From Flavobacteriaceae bacterium (lineage in GTDB: Bacteria > Bacteroidota > Bacteroidia > Flavobacteriales > Flavobacteriaceae): a DNA stretch of 64,000 nucleotides. The notes beneath the pieces are model-generated. The model was not told the origin of the DNA. It worked only from the letters and a program-made list of their open reading frames with translations, and did not search any database. The stretch covers positions 22,444 to 86,443 of the forward strand of contig JAPKAF010000001.1 in NCBI GenBank assembly GCA_028825365.1. Direction: 5' to 3'. The position numbers were made by a program, and so were the translations under genes. Below are positions 9,952 through 19,296 of the stretch, piece after piece; positions within the stretch are counted from its first letter, which is position 1, and every line of letters begins with the position of its first letter.

Positions 9952-10125
9952 ATGTTTGAATTTGATCAGTATTTAGGTTTTTTAGCATTTGCAACTATAC
10001 TCAGTATAGGCTTTTGGTTAATGATATTTTTATTAACCTTTGTTATTCCTTACTGGGTAGGTGGGTCTTTACTTGAGAGATTGAAGGAAATTCGTGACGA
10101 AAAAAAGAATAAAGCTAAAAAATAA
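9952..10125 (+). CDS. small membrane protein, 57 aa (hand-called, below the track cutoff)
   Basis: ATG 9952 to TAA 10123-10125, giving MFEFDQYLGFLAFATILSIGFWLMIFLLTFVIPYWVGGSLLERLKEIRDEKKNKAKK. It has a hydrophobic core and a charged tail. A -7 box lies upstream and a hairpin plus T-run lies downstream. Confidence 0.4.
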   Translation: MFEFDQYLGFLAFATILSIGFWLMIFLLTFVIPYWVGGSLLERLKEIRDEKKNKAKK

Positions 10126-10152
10126 TATTCCTTTGAATAAATTATTACAAAT

Positions 10153-10182
10153 GCATTAGTTTATAACAACTATTGCTTTTTT
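10153..10182 (+). terminator. putative intrinsic terminator after the 57-aa ORF
   Basis: GCATTAGTT (10153-10161) pairs with AACTATTGC (10168-10176) with one mismatch and a 6-nt loop, followed by TTTTTT. Confidence 0.35.
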
Positions 10183-10209
10183 AATTTATGCTTCCCTGAT
10201 TTAACTTTC

Positions 10210-10326
10210 CTATTCCTGTTTTTTTCTATTTTTTGCAGACTTTGAATTATGCCAAATATTCCATATTGTGAAATACATGTAAGCAATCCAAATTAGACCT
10301 CCAATTATATACATTTCTATACTCAT
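10210..10326 (-). CDS. small membrane protein, 38 aa (hand-called)
   Basis: MSIEMYIIGGLIWIAYMYFTIWNIWHNSKSAKNRKKQE. Its ATG overlaps the stop of the upstream 56-aa ORF (ATGA). Confidence 0.3.
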   Translation of the reverse strand: MSIEMYIIGGLIWIAYMYFTIWNIWHNSKSAKNRKKQE

Positions 10327-10493
10327 GTGGTTCTTCTTTGTCTTAATGCTATTGCAAATAATAATATAGTTCCTGGCCAATGTGCAGAATACTGAGCCGA
10401 CTCAGTATCTCCTGAAATTCCTAAACCTATAGAATATAACATTGCAACGAATGCTATTATAATTGGGTAATACTTTGAAATAAATTCTCTCAT
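10323..10493 (-). CDS. small membrane protein, 56 aa (hand-called)
   Basis: MREFISKYYPIIIAFVAMLYSIGLGISGDTESAQYSAHWPGTILLFAIALRQRRTT has two hydrophobic segments. It starts 50 nt downstream of the receptor gene's stop, on the same strand. Confidence 0.35.
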   Translation of the reverse strand: MREFISKYYPIIIAFVAMLYSIGLGISGDTESAQYSAHWPGTILLFAIALRQRRTT

Positions 10494-10543
10494 AATTTTA
10501 TAGTTAAATGTTGTTAAATTTAATGTTTTTTTTTAAATAGTTC

Positions 10544-12961
10544 TTAGCCACCATATTCTTCCCCGCCACCTTGATAACTTTGTCCACCACTTTGATACCT
10601 TTTCTTCTTTTGATTAATTCTATAAGTAAAGTTTAGGGTAAAACTTCTTGAACTCCATCTGTATTTTGATTCAGAATAAAAAGTCTCTGTAAATGCTTCG
10701 CTAATGCTGGCTCTAGAATCAAATAGATCTCTAACATTAAAAGATAATGTTCCCTTTTCATTAAGAATATCTTTGCTAAATGCTAAATCTGCAGAGTAAC
10801 TTGCTTTTGACTTGTTAATAGCATCTTCTCTTGGACCTCTGTAATTCATTCTTGTTTGCCATTCAATTTCACCTGGTAAAGTCAACTTATTATTTAATCT
10901 CATACTCCAACTTAAATTTTCACTTCCGTAATCAATATCGTTGTATTCCCCTTCAACTTTATTATTATACAAATTAAAATTTGAATTTACACTCCATTTT
11001 TTACTAGGTCTATAAGATAGATTAAATTCAAACCCGAATCTTGAATTAGTAGCTAGGTTTATGGGAAACCTCTCAATTATTGGAACATCTGTTCCGCCTA
11101 GGTTCACTGTTTCTCCTGTATCTTGAGTTATAAAATTAAATGTATTTGTTGATTTCTGAAAATACATTGATGAGTTTACTGAAAATGAAGATTCAAATGT
11201 TTTTAAATACCCAAAATCAAAATTGTTAGAGAAGGTAGGATCTAAATTTGGATTACCTCTAAATATACTTGTAGGGCTATTTTTAGTAGGGAAAGGGTTT
11301 ATAAACCTAGACCACGGTCTTCTTAATCTTCTGCTGTAACCTAGAGTTATACTTTCGTCATCAGAAATCTCAAACCCAAAATTAAAAGTAGGAAATAAGC
11401 CTGTATCGTCCTTTTTAATCAATTCATCTGTGGTAATTTGAATTATATCTTTTTTAGTTTGCTCAACTCTAACCCCAAAAAGAAAAGAATATTTATCTTC
11501 AATTTTAAATCCGTATTGAGAATAAATTGCATTAACTTGTTCTTTGTATCGGAAAATATTACTTTGTTCTGGATCTAATATTAAGCCATCGTTTTGGTCA
11601 GAGTAAACTTTATAATCTTGGTAAAGATCTGATTCTTCTACTTTAAACCCAGCTTCAAATTGTCTGTTTTCACCAATTGGTAAAACATAGTCAGCCTTTA
11701 AAAGTTTGTTTTCATTAGTTTCATTAGAAGTAACTTGTTCAAAGTTTAAGCTGTTTTGAGTTAAAATAGAATTTTCGTTATCAAAGTTATTGCCGATCTG
11801 CATATCGATTACTAATTTATGCCCAGCATCGTTAAATCTTTTGTCAAAATTTAATGAAAATTCTTTATTTTCATTATCACCTGATTCTGATTCTAAACGA
11901 AAAGTTTCATTTAGAATATTATTCGAACTATCCAATTCTAGTGTAGTATTTTCATTCTTACTTGTACCATCAGATTTATTTATTAAAAATGAAGTGGTTA
12001 TTGATGTATTATCGTTTAAGTACCATTCTAGACCAGTATTACTAAATAAACCTTGGTTATCTCTCTCCCAGTTCCTATTGTCTCTAATAAAAGAGTTTGG
12101 TTCATCTCCATTGTAATATTCTGCATAAGAATAGGAATCCCCAACTCTAAGGCGATCACTTAATCCCGTAGAATTAAATACATTAACGTCTCCTGTTCTG
12201 TAATTTAAACTTGTAGATAATCCAGTGCTAGTAGGGTTACCTACATTAGCATTTACTGTACCGTTAAATCCTAATAATTTATTTCTTCTTAAAATTATAT
12301 TTATAATACCACCGCTTCCTTGAGCATCATATCTAGCAGATGGTGATGTTATTACCTCTACTTTTTCTATTGATTCTGAAGGTAATTGCCTTAATGCTTC
12401 AGCAGAATTTAATCCCACTAAACCTGATGGCTTACCATTAATTAAAATTCTAACATCTTCACTACCACGAAGTGAAACATTTCCTTCTACATCAACTGAA
12501 ATTGATGGAACATTATCTAAGACATCGCTAACTGATCCACCTTTTACAGTCAAATCTCTTCCTACTGTATATATTTTTTTATCTAACCTTATATCAACAG
12601 TAGTATTTTCTGCAATAATTTCAATTTCGTCTAAAGATTCAATATTAAAATCTAATTCAATTTTATTAAGGTTTAGGTTGTTAGATATTATTAGGCCTTG
12701 TTGTTCGAAATTTTTATAAGAAATATATTCAACCAGTAAATTGTATTTCCCTTTTTTCAGAGTAATACTAAATTCACCTTTACTATTTGTTAATCCACCA
12801 GTGACCACAACATTGTCAGAGCTTAACACGGTAACTGTAGCGTACTCTAGTTCTTCTTTAGTTTCAGACTCTAATACGACTCCCGAAAGTGTGAATTCTT
12901 GAGCAATAATTAGGTTGGTAAAAAGAATACTTAATATTGTAAGGAAAATACAATTTTTCAT
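10544..12961 (-). CDS. outer-membrane beta-barrel receptor, TonB-dependent-receptor-like with an N-terminal CarboxypepD_reg domain
   Basis: 805 aa with a signal peptide, a beta-sandwich segment (FTLSGVVLESETKEELEYATVTV), a plug-like segment (VEVITSPSARYDAQGSGGIINIILR) and a long amphipathic barrel region. Confidence 0.75.
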   Translation of the reverse strand: MKNCIFLTILSILFTNLIIAQEFTLSGVVLESETKEELEYATVTVLSSDNVVVTGGLTNSKGEFSITLKKGKYNLLVEYISYKNFEQQGLIISNNLNLNKIELDFNIESLDEIEIIAENTTVDIRLDKKIYTVGRDLTVKGGSVSDVLDNVPSISVDVEGNVSLRGSEDVRILINGKPSGLVGLNSAEALRQLPSESIEKVEVITSPSARYDAQGSGGIINIILRRNKLLGFNGTVNANVGNPTSTGLSTSLNYRTGDVNVFNSTGLSDRLRVGDSYSYAEYYNGDEPNSFIRDNRNWERDNQGLFSNTGLEWYLNDNTSITTSFLINKSDGTSKNENTTLELDSSNNILNETFRLESESGDNENKEFSLNFDKRFNDAGHKLVIDMQIGNNFDNENSILTQNSLNFEQVTSNETNENKLLKADYVLPIGENRQFEAGFKVEESDLYQDYKVYSDQNDGLILDPEQSNIFRYKEQVNAIYSQYGFKIEDKYSFLFGVRVEQTKKDIIQITTDELIKKDDTGLFPTFNFGFEISDDESITLGYSRRLRRPWSRFINPFPTKNSPTSIFRGNPNLDPTFSNNFDFGYLKTFESSFSVNSSMYFQKSTNTFNFITQDTGETVNLGGTDVPIIERFPINLATNSRFGFEFNLSYRPSKKWSVNSNFNLYNNKVEGEYNDIDYGSENLSWSMRLNNKLTLPGEIEWQTRMNYRGPREDAINKSKASYSADLAFSKDILNEKGTLSFNVRDLFDSRASISEAFTETFYSESKYRWSSRSFTLNFTYRINQKKKRYQSGGQSYQGGGEEYGG

Positions 12962-13020
12962 TATAATTAATTTTTGAGTAAAAATAAATCCTCTCTGTGT
13001 ATTTAATTGTTAAAAGTATG

Positions 13021-13371
13021 TTATTTTTTTTCTAAAAAAACCGCTAACTTTTCAAGAGGTCTAGCAATTACTGCACTTTTATCACTTTCAATAATTGGTC
13101 TTTCTATTAGCTTTGGATTAGAAGATAGAACACGCACTATGTCTAGGTCAGACATTTTCTTACTTTTATAACTTTCTTTCCAAATAGATTCATTTTTTCG
13201 GACTAATTCTATTGGTTTTATTTTAAGCTTATTAATGAGTGCTGATATTTTTTCTTCACTTAAATTCTGATTTAAATAATCAATTATGTTAAAGTTTATT
13301 TTTTGATCTTTTAAATATTCAATAGCTTCTCTGGATTTTCTACACCTTGTGTTGTGATAAATATTAATCAT
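13021..13371 (-). CDS. ArsC/Spx/YffB family thioredoxin-fold protein
   Basis: 116 aa. The N-terminal IYHNTRCRKSREA motif is typical of the ArsC family. Confidence 0.7.
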   Translation of the reverse strand: MINIYHNTRCRKSREAIEYLKDQKINFNIIDYLNQNLSEEKISALINKLKIKPIELVRKNESIWKESYKSKKMSDLDIVRVLSSNPKLIERPIIESDKSAVIARPLEKLAVFLEKK

Positions 13372-13372
13372 A

Positions 13373-14480
13373 CTATAATTCGTTTGAGTTTTTAGATTGT
13401 CCTGACATCATTAAATAAGATTTTAAAAAAGGCTTTAGTTCTCCGTCTAGAACGGAGTCTACATTTCCTGACTCAAATCCAGTCCTTACATCTTTAATTA
13501 ACTTATATGGGTGTAATACATAGTTTCTGATTTGACTTCCCCATTCAATTTTCATTTTACCGGCCTCAATATCCGATCTTTCAGCTTGCTGTTTCTGAAT
13601 TTCTATTTCGTATAATTGAGACTTTAACATTTGCATTGCTCGTGATCTGTTATCATGCTGTGACCTAGTCTCTGAACAAGAAATTTTAATTCCTGTTGGT
13701 TTGTGTGTAAGCTGAACTTTCGTTTCAACTTTATTAACATTTTGCCCTCCAGCACCACTAGATCTAGAAGTCGTTATTTCAATATCTGCAGGATTAATTT
13801 CTATTTCAATTGAGTCATCTACTAAAGGGTATACATAAACCGAAGCAAAACTAGTATGTCTCTTAGCATTACTATCAAATGGGGAGATTCTTACAAGTCT
13901 ATGAACTCCATTCTCACCCTTGAGCCATCCAAAAGAAAAATCACCTTCAATTTGTAGTGTTACGGTTTTTATTCCAGCAACATCACCGTCTTGTAAATTT
14001 AGTTCTGTTAGTTTGAAATTGTTTTTTTGACAGTACATCATATACATTCTCATGAGCATTTGAGCCCAATCACAGCTTTCAGTTCCTCCAGCTCCAGCAG
14101 TAATTTGAAGGACAGCACTCATGCTGTCACTTTTTTCAGAAAGCATATTTTTAAATTCTAATTCTTCTAAAAAACTTAATGATTTTTGATAAGTATCAAT
14201 AATTTCACTCTCACTAGCTTCTCCAAGTTTAAAGAATTCTAATAAAACTTCTAAATCATTAATCAGCTCTTCTAGAAAAGAAAAATCTTTAACCCATTTT
14301 TTATTAAACCTTAGTTCTTTTAATAAAATTTCGGCAGCTTTGGAATCTTTCCAAAAGTCAGGATCAAATGTTTTTTCTTCTTCATTCTGAATTTTTATTT
14401 TTTTGGCATCTAAGTCAAAGATACCTCCTTAACGCACCAAGGCGATCTTGAAGATTTTTAAATTGATCTGTTGTAATCAT
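13373..14480 (-). CDS. prfB: peptide chain release factor 2, expressed through a programmed +1 ribosomal frameshift
   Basis: The track ORF 13373-14146 carries SPF and GGQ motifs but lacks an N-terminus. Reverse-strand ATG 14480 gives [21 protein letters not shown], then an in-frame TGA. A +1 shift at CTT TGA C continues as [24 protein letters not shown]... straight into the track ORF. Confidence 0.9.
14414..14429 (-). promoter_or_regulatory. RF2 +1 frameshift cassette: AGGAGG TAT CTT TGA C
   Basis: The reverse complement of 14414-14429 reads AGGAGGTATCTTTGAC. That is an SD-like element 3 nt before the CUU slippery codon, followed by UGA C. Confidence 0.9.
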
Positions 14481-14600
14481 TGTCAAAATATTTGTAGCTA
14501 AACTACTATTATATAATTTCTCAAAAAAATTATTTATTTTTCTTTTTGTTATTTTTTTACAAATAATTATTCCTTAGTTTTATGATAAATATTTACTCTT

Positions 14601-17018
14601 ATGAAAAATTTATTGCAATTATTCACCTTTTTGTTATTTACAACTAGTTTCTCTCAGTCAATTTTAGATAAAGAGTTAGAGAAATTTGAAGGTTTTTTCG
14701 ATTTTTACTACGACAATTCAACTGACAAAATTTATTTAGAAGTTACAGAATTAAATAGAGATTTTTTATATATAAACTCATTAGCAACAGGAATTGGTTC
14801 AAATGATATTGGTTTGGATAGAGGTCAACTTGGAAATGAAAGGTTAGTTAGTTTTCAAAAAGCTGGAAATAAGTTATTGTTAATCCAGCCAAATTTATCT
14901 TTTAGAGCAAACACGAATAATAAGGCTGAGGAAAAAAGTATTGAACAAGCATTTGCTAAATCCGTTATTTATGGATTTAAGATTTTAGAAACTATTGATG
15001 ATAAATATTTAATTGATTTTACTTCTTTTTTAATGCAAGATAAGCACGGTGTGGCGGATAGATTAAAAGCTGCGAAACAAGGAGCTTATAAAATTGACTT
15101 AACAAAAAGTGCATTACAACTAGATCGAACAAAATCTTTTCCTAAGAATTCTGAATTTGAAGCATTATTAACTTTTTCAGGAAAGCCAACAGGAAGATTA
15201 ATTACTAGTGGAGTATCTCCAGACCCCTCTTTAGTTAGTGTTGTTCAACACCACTCTTTTATAGAACTTCCTGACGATAAATATATTCCTAGAGTTTTTG
15301 ACCCTAGAAGTGGAGCATTAACTATTTCTTTTATGGATTATGCAACACCTGTACAAGAAGAGATTAATAAAAAATACATAACAAGACATAGATTAGAAAA
15401 AATAGACCCAACTCTAGAAATGAGTGAGGCTAAAGATCCTATAATCTATTATTTAGATCCTGGAACTCCAGAGCCAGTTAGATCAGCCTTAATTGATGGA
15501 GCCTCGTGGTGGAATCAAGCATATGAAGCGATTGGTTATAAAAATGCTTTTCAAGTAAAAATATTACCAGACGATGCTGACCCCATGGATTGTAGATATA
15601 ATGTTATACAATGGGTTCACAGATCAACAAGAGGTTGGAGCTATGGTGCTAGTGTAGTTGACCCTAGGACTGGTGAAATAATAAAAGGGCATGTAAGTTT
15701 AGGTAGTTTAAGAATAAGACAAGATTTTTTAATCGCTCAAGCTTTAATGTCTAAGCCGTTTGTTGATGATGACAATTATGATCCTATGTTAAATATGGCA
15801 ATAGCTAGAATTAGACAGCTTAGTGCTCATGAAGTTGGTCATACAATTGGATTTGCTCATAATTTTGCTGCCAGTACAAATAACCGCTCATCTGTAATGG
15901 ATTATCCTCATCCATTAATTAAACTAACCAATGATAAAATTGATTTAACTGATGCTTACGCGGTTGGAATAGGAGAATGGGATAAGGTATCCGTAGCATA
16001 CAGTTATTCGGAATTCAACTCAGGAAACGAAAAAGATTTATTAAATGGTATTTTAGATAATGCTTATGAAAATGGTTTGAGATTTATTACTGACTCTGAT
16101 GCTAGAGCAGCTAGTGGGGCGCATGTGAATGCACATTTATGGGACAATGACGGAGATGTTTCTGAAGGATTATCTAAGATTATGCTAATTAGAGATAAAG
16201 CTATTAATGATTTTTCTAAATTTAATATTAGATCTTTTGAGACTTATAGCAAGCTAGAAGATGTTTTTGTTCCACTTTACTTTTTACATAGATTTCAAAC
16301 TGAAGCAGCCGTAAAATTAATTGGCGGTCTTGACTATAATTACGTAACAAGAGATGATAACCAGACTATAGTAAAAGATGTTTCGTTTGAAAAGCAAAAT
16401 AATGCTCTTTTCTCATTGTTAAGTACATTAAAAGCTAAAAATTTAGCTATACCAAAATCAAAATTAGAGTTATTTCCACCAAGAGCTTATAGCTATCCAA
16501 GGACTAGAGAATCTTTTAAAAGTATGACAGGAGTTAGTTTTGACCCTCTAAGTGCAGTATCAACTGCTAGTGAAATGACCCTTTCTTTATTATTAAATCC
16601 GGAGAGAATGAATAGATTAGTTATTCAAAGTAGCATGTCTAATACCATATCGCAGAATATGAGTTTAAGTTATTTACTAACTACTCTAACAAATAGCACT
16701 TTTAAATTGGATAATAAAATTAATGACAGTTATTTATTTGAAGTTCAACAGGTGATAAATAATAATTATTTAAAGTTTCTATTAAACTTAGCATCTAATA
16801 AGAAATCTTTCTTTCAAGTAAAGGCAGAGTCTAGAAAAGCATTGAGTAATATTATTCAATTATTAGGATCTAAGAAATATAAAAACAAGTATAGTGAAGA
16901 GTATTTAAACATTATTACAAAATTTAATTCTAAGCCAGAACTGTTTGAATTAGCTAATAGTCCTAAGATACCAGATGGATCTCCTATTGGATCTACTGCA
17001 TGTAATCTAAATAACTAA
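14601..17018 (+). CDS. secreted zinc metalloprotease (metzincin-like)
   Basis: 805 aa with a signal peptide, the HEVGHTIGFAHNF motif (HExxHxxGxxH) and a downstream SVMDYP Met-turn-like motif. Confidence 0.75.
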   Translation: MKNLLQLFTFLLFTTSFSQSILDKELEKFEGFFDFYYDNSTDKIYLEVTELNRDFLYINSLATGIGSNDIGLDRGQLGNERLVSFQKAGNKLLLIQPNLSFRANTNNKAEEKSIEQAFAKSVIYGFKILETIDDKYLIDFTSFLMQDKHGVADRLKAAKQGAYKIDLTKSALQLDRTKSFPKNSEFEALLTFSGKPTGRLITSGVSPDPSLVSVVQHHSFIELPDDKYIPRVFDPRSGALTISFMDYATPVQEEINKKYITRHRLEKIDPTLEMSEAKDPIIYYLDPGTPEPVRSALIDGASWWNQAYEAIGYKNAFQVKILPDDADPMDCRYNVIQWVHRSTRGWSYGASVVDPRTGEIIKGHVSLGSLRIRQDFLIAQALMSKPFVDDDNYDPMLNMAIARIRQLSAHEVGHTIGFAHNFAASTNNRSSVMDYPHPLIKLTNDKIDLTDAYAVGIGEWDKVSVAYSYSEFNSGNEKDLLNGILDNAYENGLRFITDSDARAASGAHVNAHLWDNDGDVSEGLSKIMLIRDKAINDFSKFNIRSFETYSKLEDVFVPLYFLHRFQTEAAVKLIGGLDYNYVTRDDNQTIVKDVSFEKQNNALFSLLSTLKAKNLAIPKSKLELFPPRAYSYPRTRESFKSMTGVSFDPLSAVSTASEMTLSLLLNPERMNRLVIQSSMSNTISQNMSLSYLLTTLTNSTFKLDNKINDSYLFEVQQVINNNYLKFLLNLASNKKSFFQVKAESRKALSNIIQLLGSKKYKNKYSEEYLNIITKFNSKPELFELANSPKIPDGSPIGSTACNLNN

Positions 17019-17024
17019 AAATAT

Positions 17025-18044
17025 ATGATAGTTGATTTAAGAAGTGATACTGTCACTGTTCCTACTAAAAAAATGCTTGAATTTATGATGGATTCAAAAG
17101 TTGGTGATGATGTTTATGGTGAAGATCCTGCAGTAAACCTTTTGCAAACTAAAGTTGCTTCAATGTTTGGTAAGGATGTAGGGATGTTTTTTCCATCAGG
17201 TACTATGGCCAACCAAACAGCAATTAAATTACATACAAACCCTGGTGATCAAGTTATATGTGATAAATATTCCCATATATATAATTATGAGGGAGGGGGA
17301 GCGTCATTTAACAGTGGAGTTTCATTTAATTTAATTGATGGTAAAAGAGGTATGTTTAACAGTGACCAAGCTCTTAATTCAATTAATCCAAAGGATTTTT
17401 ATCATAGTCCTTTATCAAAATTAATAGCTATAGAGAATACAACAAACAAGGGTGGAGGAGCTTGTTGGGATATTGGTGAGTTAAAAAAAATACAAAAAGT
17501 AGCAAACTCAAATAATCTAGGCATGCATTTAGATGGAGCAAGAATCTGGAATGCTATTGTACATAAAAACGACAATCCTCTTGAAATAGGTAAAATATTT
17601 GATACTATTTCAGTTTGCCTTAGTAAAGGTTTAGGTTGTCCAATTGGATCAGTTTTAATTGGTAATAGTAAGATAATGAGTAATGCATTAAGAATTAGAA
17701 AAATACTAGGAGGCGGCATGAGGCAGGCTGGATATTTAGCTAGTGCTGGTATTTATGCTTTAGAGAATAATTTAAGCAGATTATCTGAAGATCATCAAAG
17801 AGCACGCGAAATTGGAGAAGTTTTAGCAAAATCTACATATGTAAAATCTGTTGAAAAGATTGAAACTAATATTGTGATATTTGAATTAAATAAAGAAATT
17901 AATGATAGTTCATTTATTGATAAACTTAAACGCTTAAATATTAAGTTAATATCGATGGGTAGTAATAAATTAAGATTAGTTACGCATTTAAACTATACAA
18001 ATATTCATCACGATTATTTTTTGTCATCAATTAAGTCTTTATAA
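17025..18044 (+). CDS. ltaE: low-specificity L-threonine aldolase
   Basis: 339 aa with the N-terminal DLRSDTVTVPT signature and a PLP fold-type I pattern. Confidence 0.8.
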   Translation: MIVDLRSDTVTVPTKKMLEFMMDSKVGDDVYGEDPAVNLLQTKVASMFGKDVGMFFPSGTMANQTAIKLHTNPGDQVICDKYSHIYNYEGGGASFNSGVSFNLIDGKRGMFNSDQALNSINPKDFYHSPLSKLIAIENTTNKGGGACWDIGELKKIQKVANSNNLGMHLDGARIWNAIVHKNDNPLEIGKIFDTISVCLSKGLGCPIGSVLIGNSKIMSNALRIRKILGGGMRQAGYLASAGIYALENNLSRLSEDHQRAREIGEVLAKSTYVKSVEKIETNIVIFELNKEINDSSFIDKLKRLNIKLISMGSNKLRLVTHLNYTNIHHDYFLSSIKSL

Positions 18045-18181
18045 TTTCTTTATAAAATTTAATGTTTATCCATAATGTAATATTCTTTTATATTTTTTCG
18101 CTAGTATGAAAACTATAACGATTTAACATATTTTTTAATAGATTTTTAATTTTTCAACTTCATGATCTAAAAAAAAACTCT

Positions 18182-18189
18182 TATTTTTG
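18182..18189 (+). promoter_or_regulatory. -7 box (TATTTTTG) upstream of the CBS-like gene
   Basis: Perfect TAnnTTTG lying 54 nt upstream of ATG 18244. Confidence 0.35.
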
Positions 18190-18243
18190 CTTAGTTTGGT
18201 TAATATGGTAAAATTACATAACTTGACTTTTTCAATAATATAG

Positions 18244-19284
18244 ATGAAAAAACATAAATTAGTTTTTAATAATATATTACAATTAATAGGGGACACCCCT
18301 CTAGTTAAGCTAAACAATATTACTTCAGGTTTTAAAGGAGAGTTTCTTGTAAAATTAGAGTCTTTTAATCCAGGTCATTCTTCTAAAGACAGAATTGCAT
18401 TATTTATAATTGAAGAAGCCGAAAGAAAAGGGATTTTAAAACCAGGAGATACTATAATTGAAACTACGTCTGGTAATACAGGTTTTAGTATCGCTATGAT
18501 AAGCATCATCAAAGGTTATGATTGTATCTTAGCAGTAAGTTCAAAATCTTCTTCTGATAAAATTGACATGTTGAAAACTATGGGAGCTAAGGTTTATGTT
18601 TGTCCTGCGAATGTTAGTGCAGATGACCCAAGGTCCTATTACGAAGTTGCAAAAAGATTACATGAAGAAATTAAAGGTTCTGTTTATATTAATCAATACT
18701 TCAATGGATTGAATATTGAAGCGCATTATAAAACCACTGGACCAGAAATCTGGACTCAAACTGAAGGGAAAATAACTCACTTAGTTGCGTGTAGTGGTAC
18801 TGGCGGCACTATTTCAGGAGTTTCTAAATTTTTAAAAGAGAAAAACTCTAATATTAAAATAATTGGAGTAGATGCATACGGGTCTGTATTGAAAAAATAT
18901 CATGAAACTAAAGAGTTTGATGATAAAGAAATTTATCCATACAGAATTGAAGGTCTGGGTAAAAATCTTATACCCTCTGCAACAAATTTTGATCTTATAG
19001 ATGAATTTATAAAGGTTAAAGATGAGGATAGCGCACATACAGCTAGAGATTTAGCTAAAAGTGAAGGAATGTTTGTTGGTTATACTAGCGGAGCTGCTTT
19101 ACAAGCAGTTAAGCAGTTGGATGCAAGAAATGAATTCAAGTCTAGTGATTTGGTAGTTATTATTTTCCCAGATCATGGATCAAGATATTTAAGTAAGATT
19201 TATAGTGATAAGTGGATGGAAACTCAAGGGTTTTTTGATAGTGAGCATGAAAAAACAATTGAAAAAATTCAGTATATAAAATAA
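18244..19284 (+). CDS. fold-type II PLP enzyme of the cysteine synthase / cystathionine beta-synthase core type (candidate cysteate synthase CapA)
   Basis: 346 aa with PLP-lysine context HSSKDR and the TSGNTG and GTGGT loops. There are no Bateman/CBS domains. It sits 12 nt upstream of an alpha-oxoamine synthase gene. Confidence 0.8.
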   Translation: MKKHKLVFNNILQLIGDTPLVKLNNITSGFKGEFLVKLESFNPGHSSKDRIALFIIEEAERKGILKPGDTIIETTSGNTGFSIAMISIIKGYDCILAVSSKSSSDKIDMLKTMGAKVYVCPANVSADDPRSYYEVAKRLHEEIKGSVYINQYFNGLNIEAHYKTTGPEIWTQTEGKITHLVACSGTGGTISGVSKFLKEKNSNIKIIGVDAYGSVLKKYHETKEFDDKEIYPYRIEGLGKNLIPSATNFDLIDEFIKVKDEDSAHTARDLAKSEGMFVGYTSGAALQAVKQLDARNEFKSSDLVVIIFPDHGSRYLSKIYSDKWMETQGFFDSEHEKTIEKIQYIK

Positions 19285-19296
19285 TATATTTATTAG

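Noticed and set aside
13373-14146. Reading the 257-aa RF2 ORF as a 5'-truncated pseudogene.
   Set aside because: The missing N-terminus is present upstream in the adjacent frame, behind a canonical CUU UGA C +1 frameshift site, so the gene is intact.
18045-18243. Possible riboswitch or leader (for example SAM or another sulfur-related element) in the 200-nt region upstream of the CBS-like gene.
   Set aside because: The region is almost pure AT, with no GC-containing helices or conserved riboswitch cores that I can recognise. A -7 box at 18182 explains the spacing.
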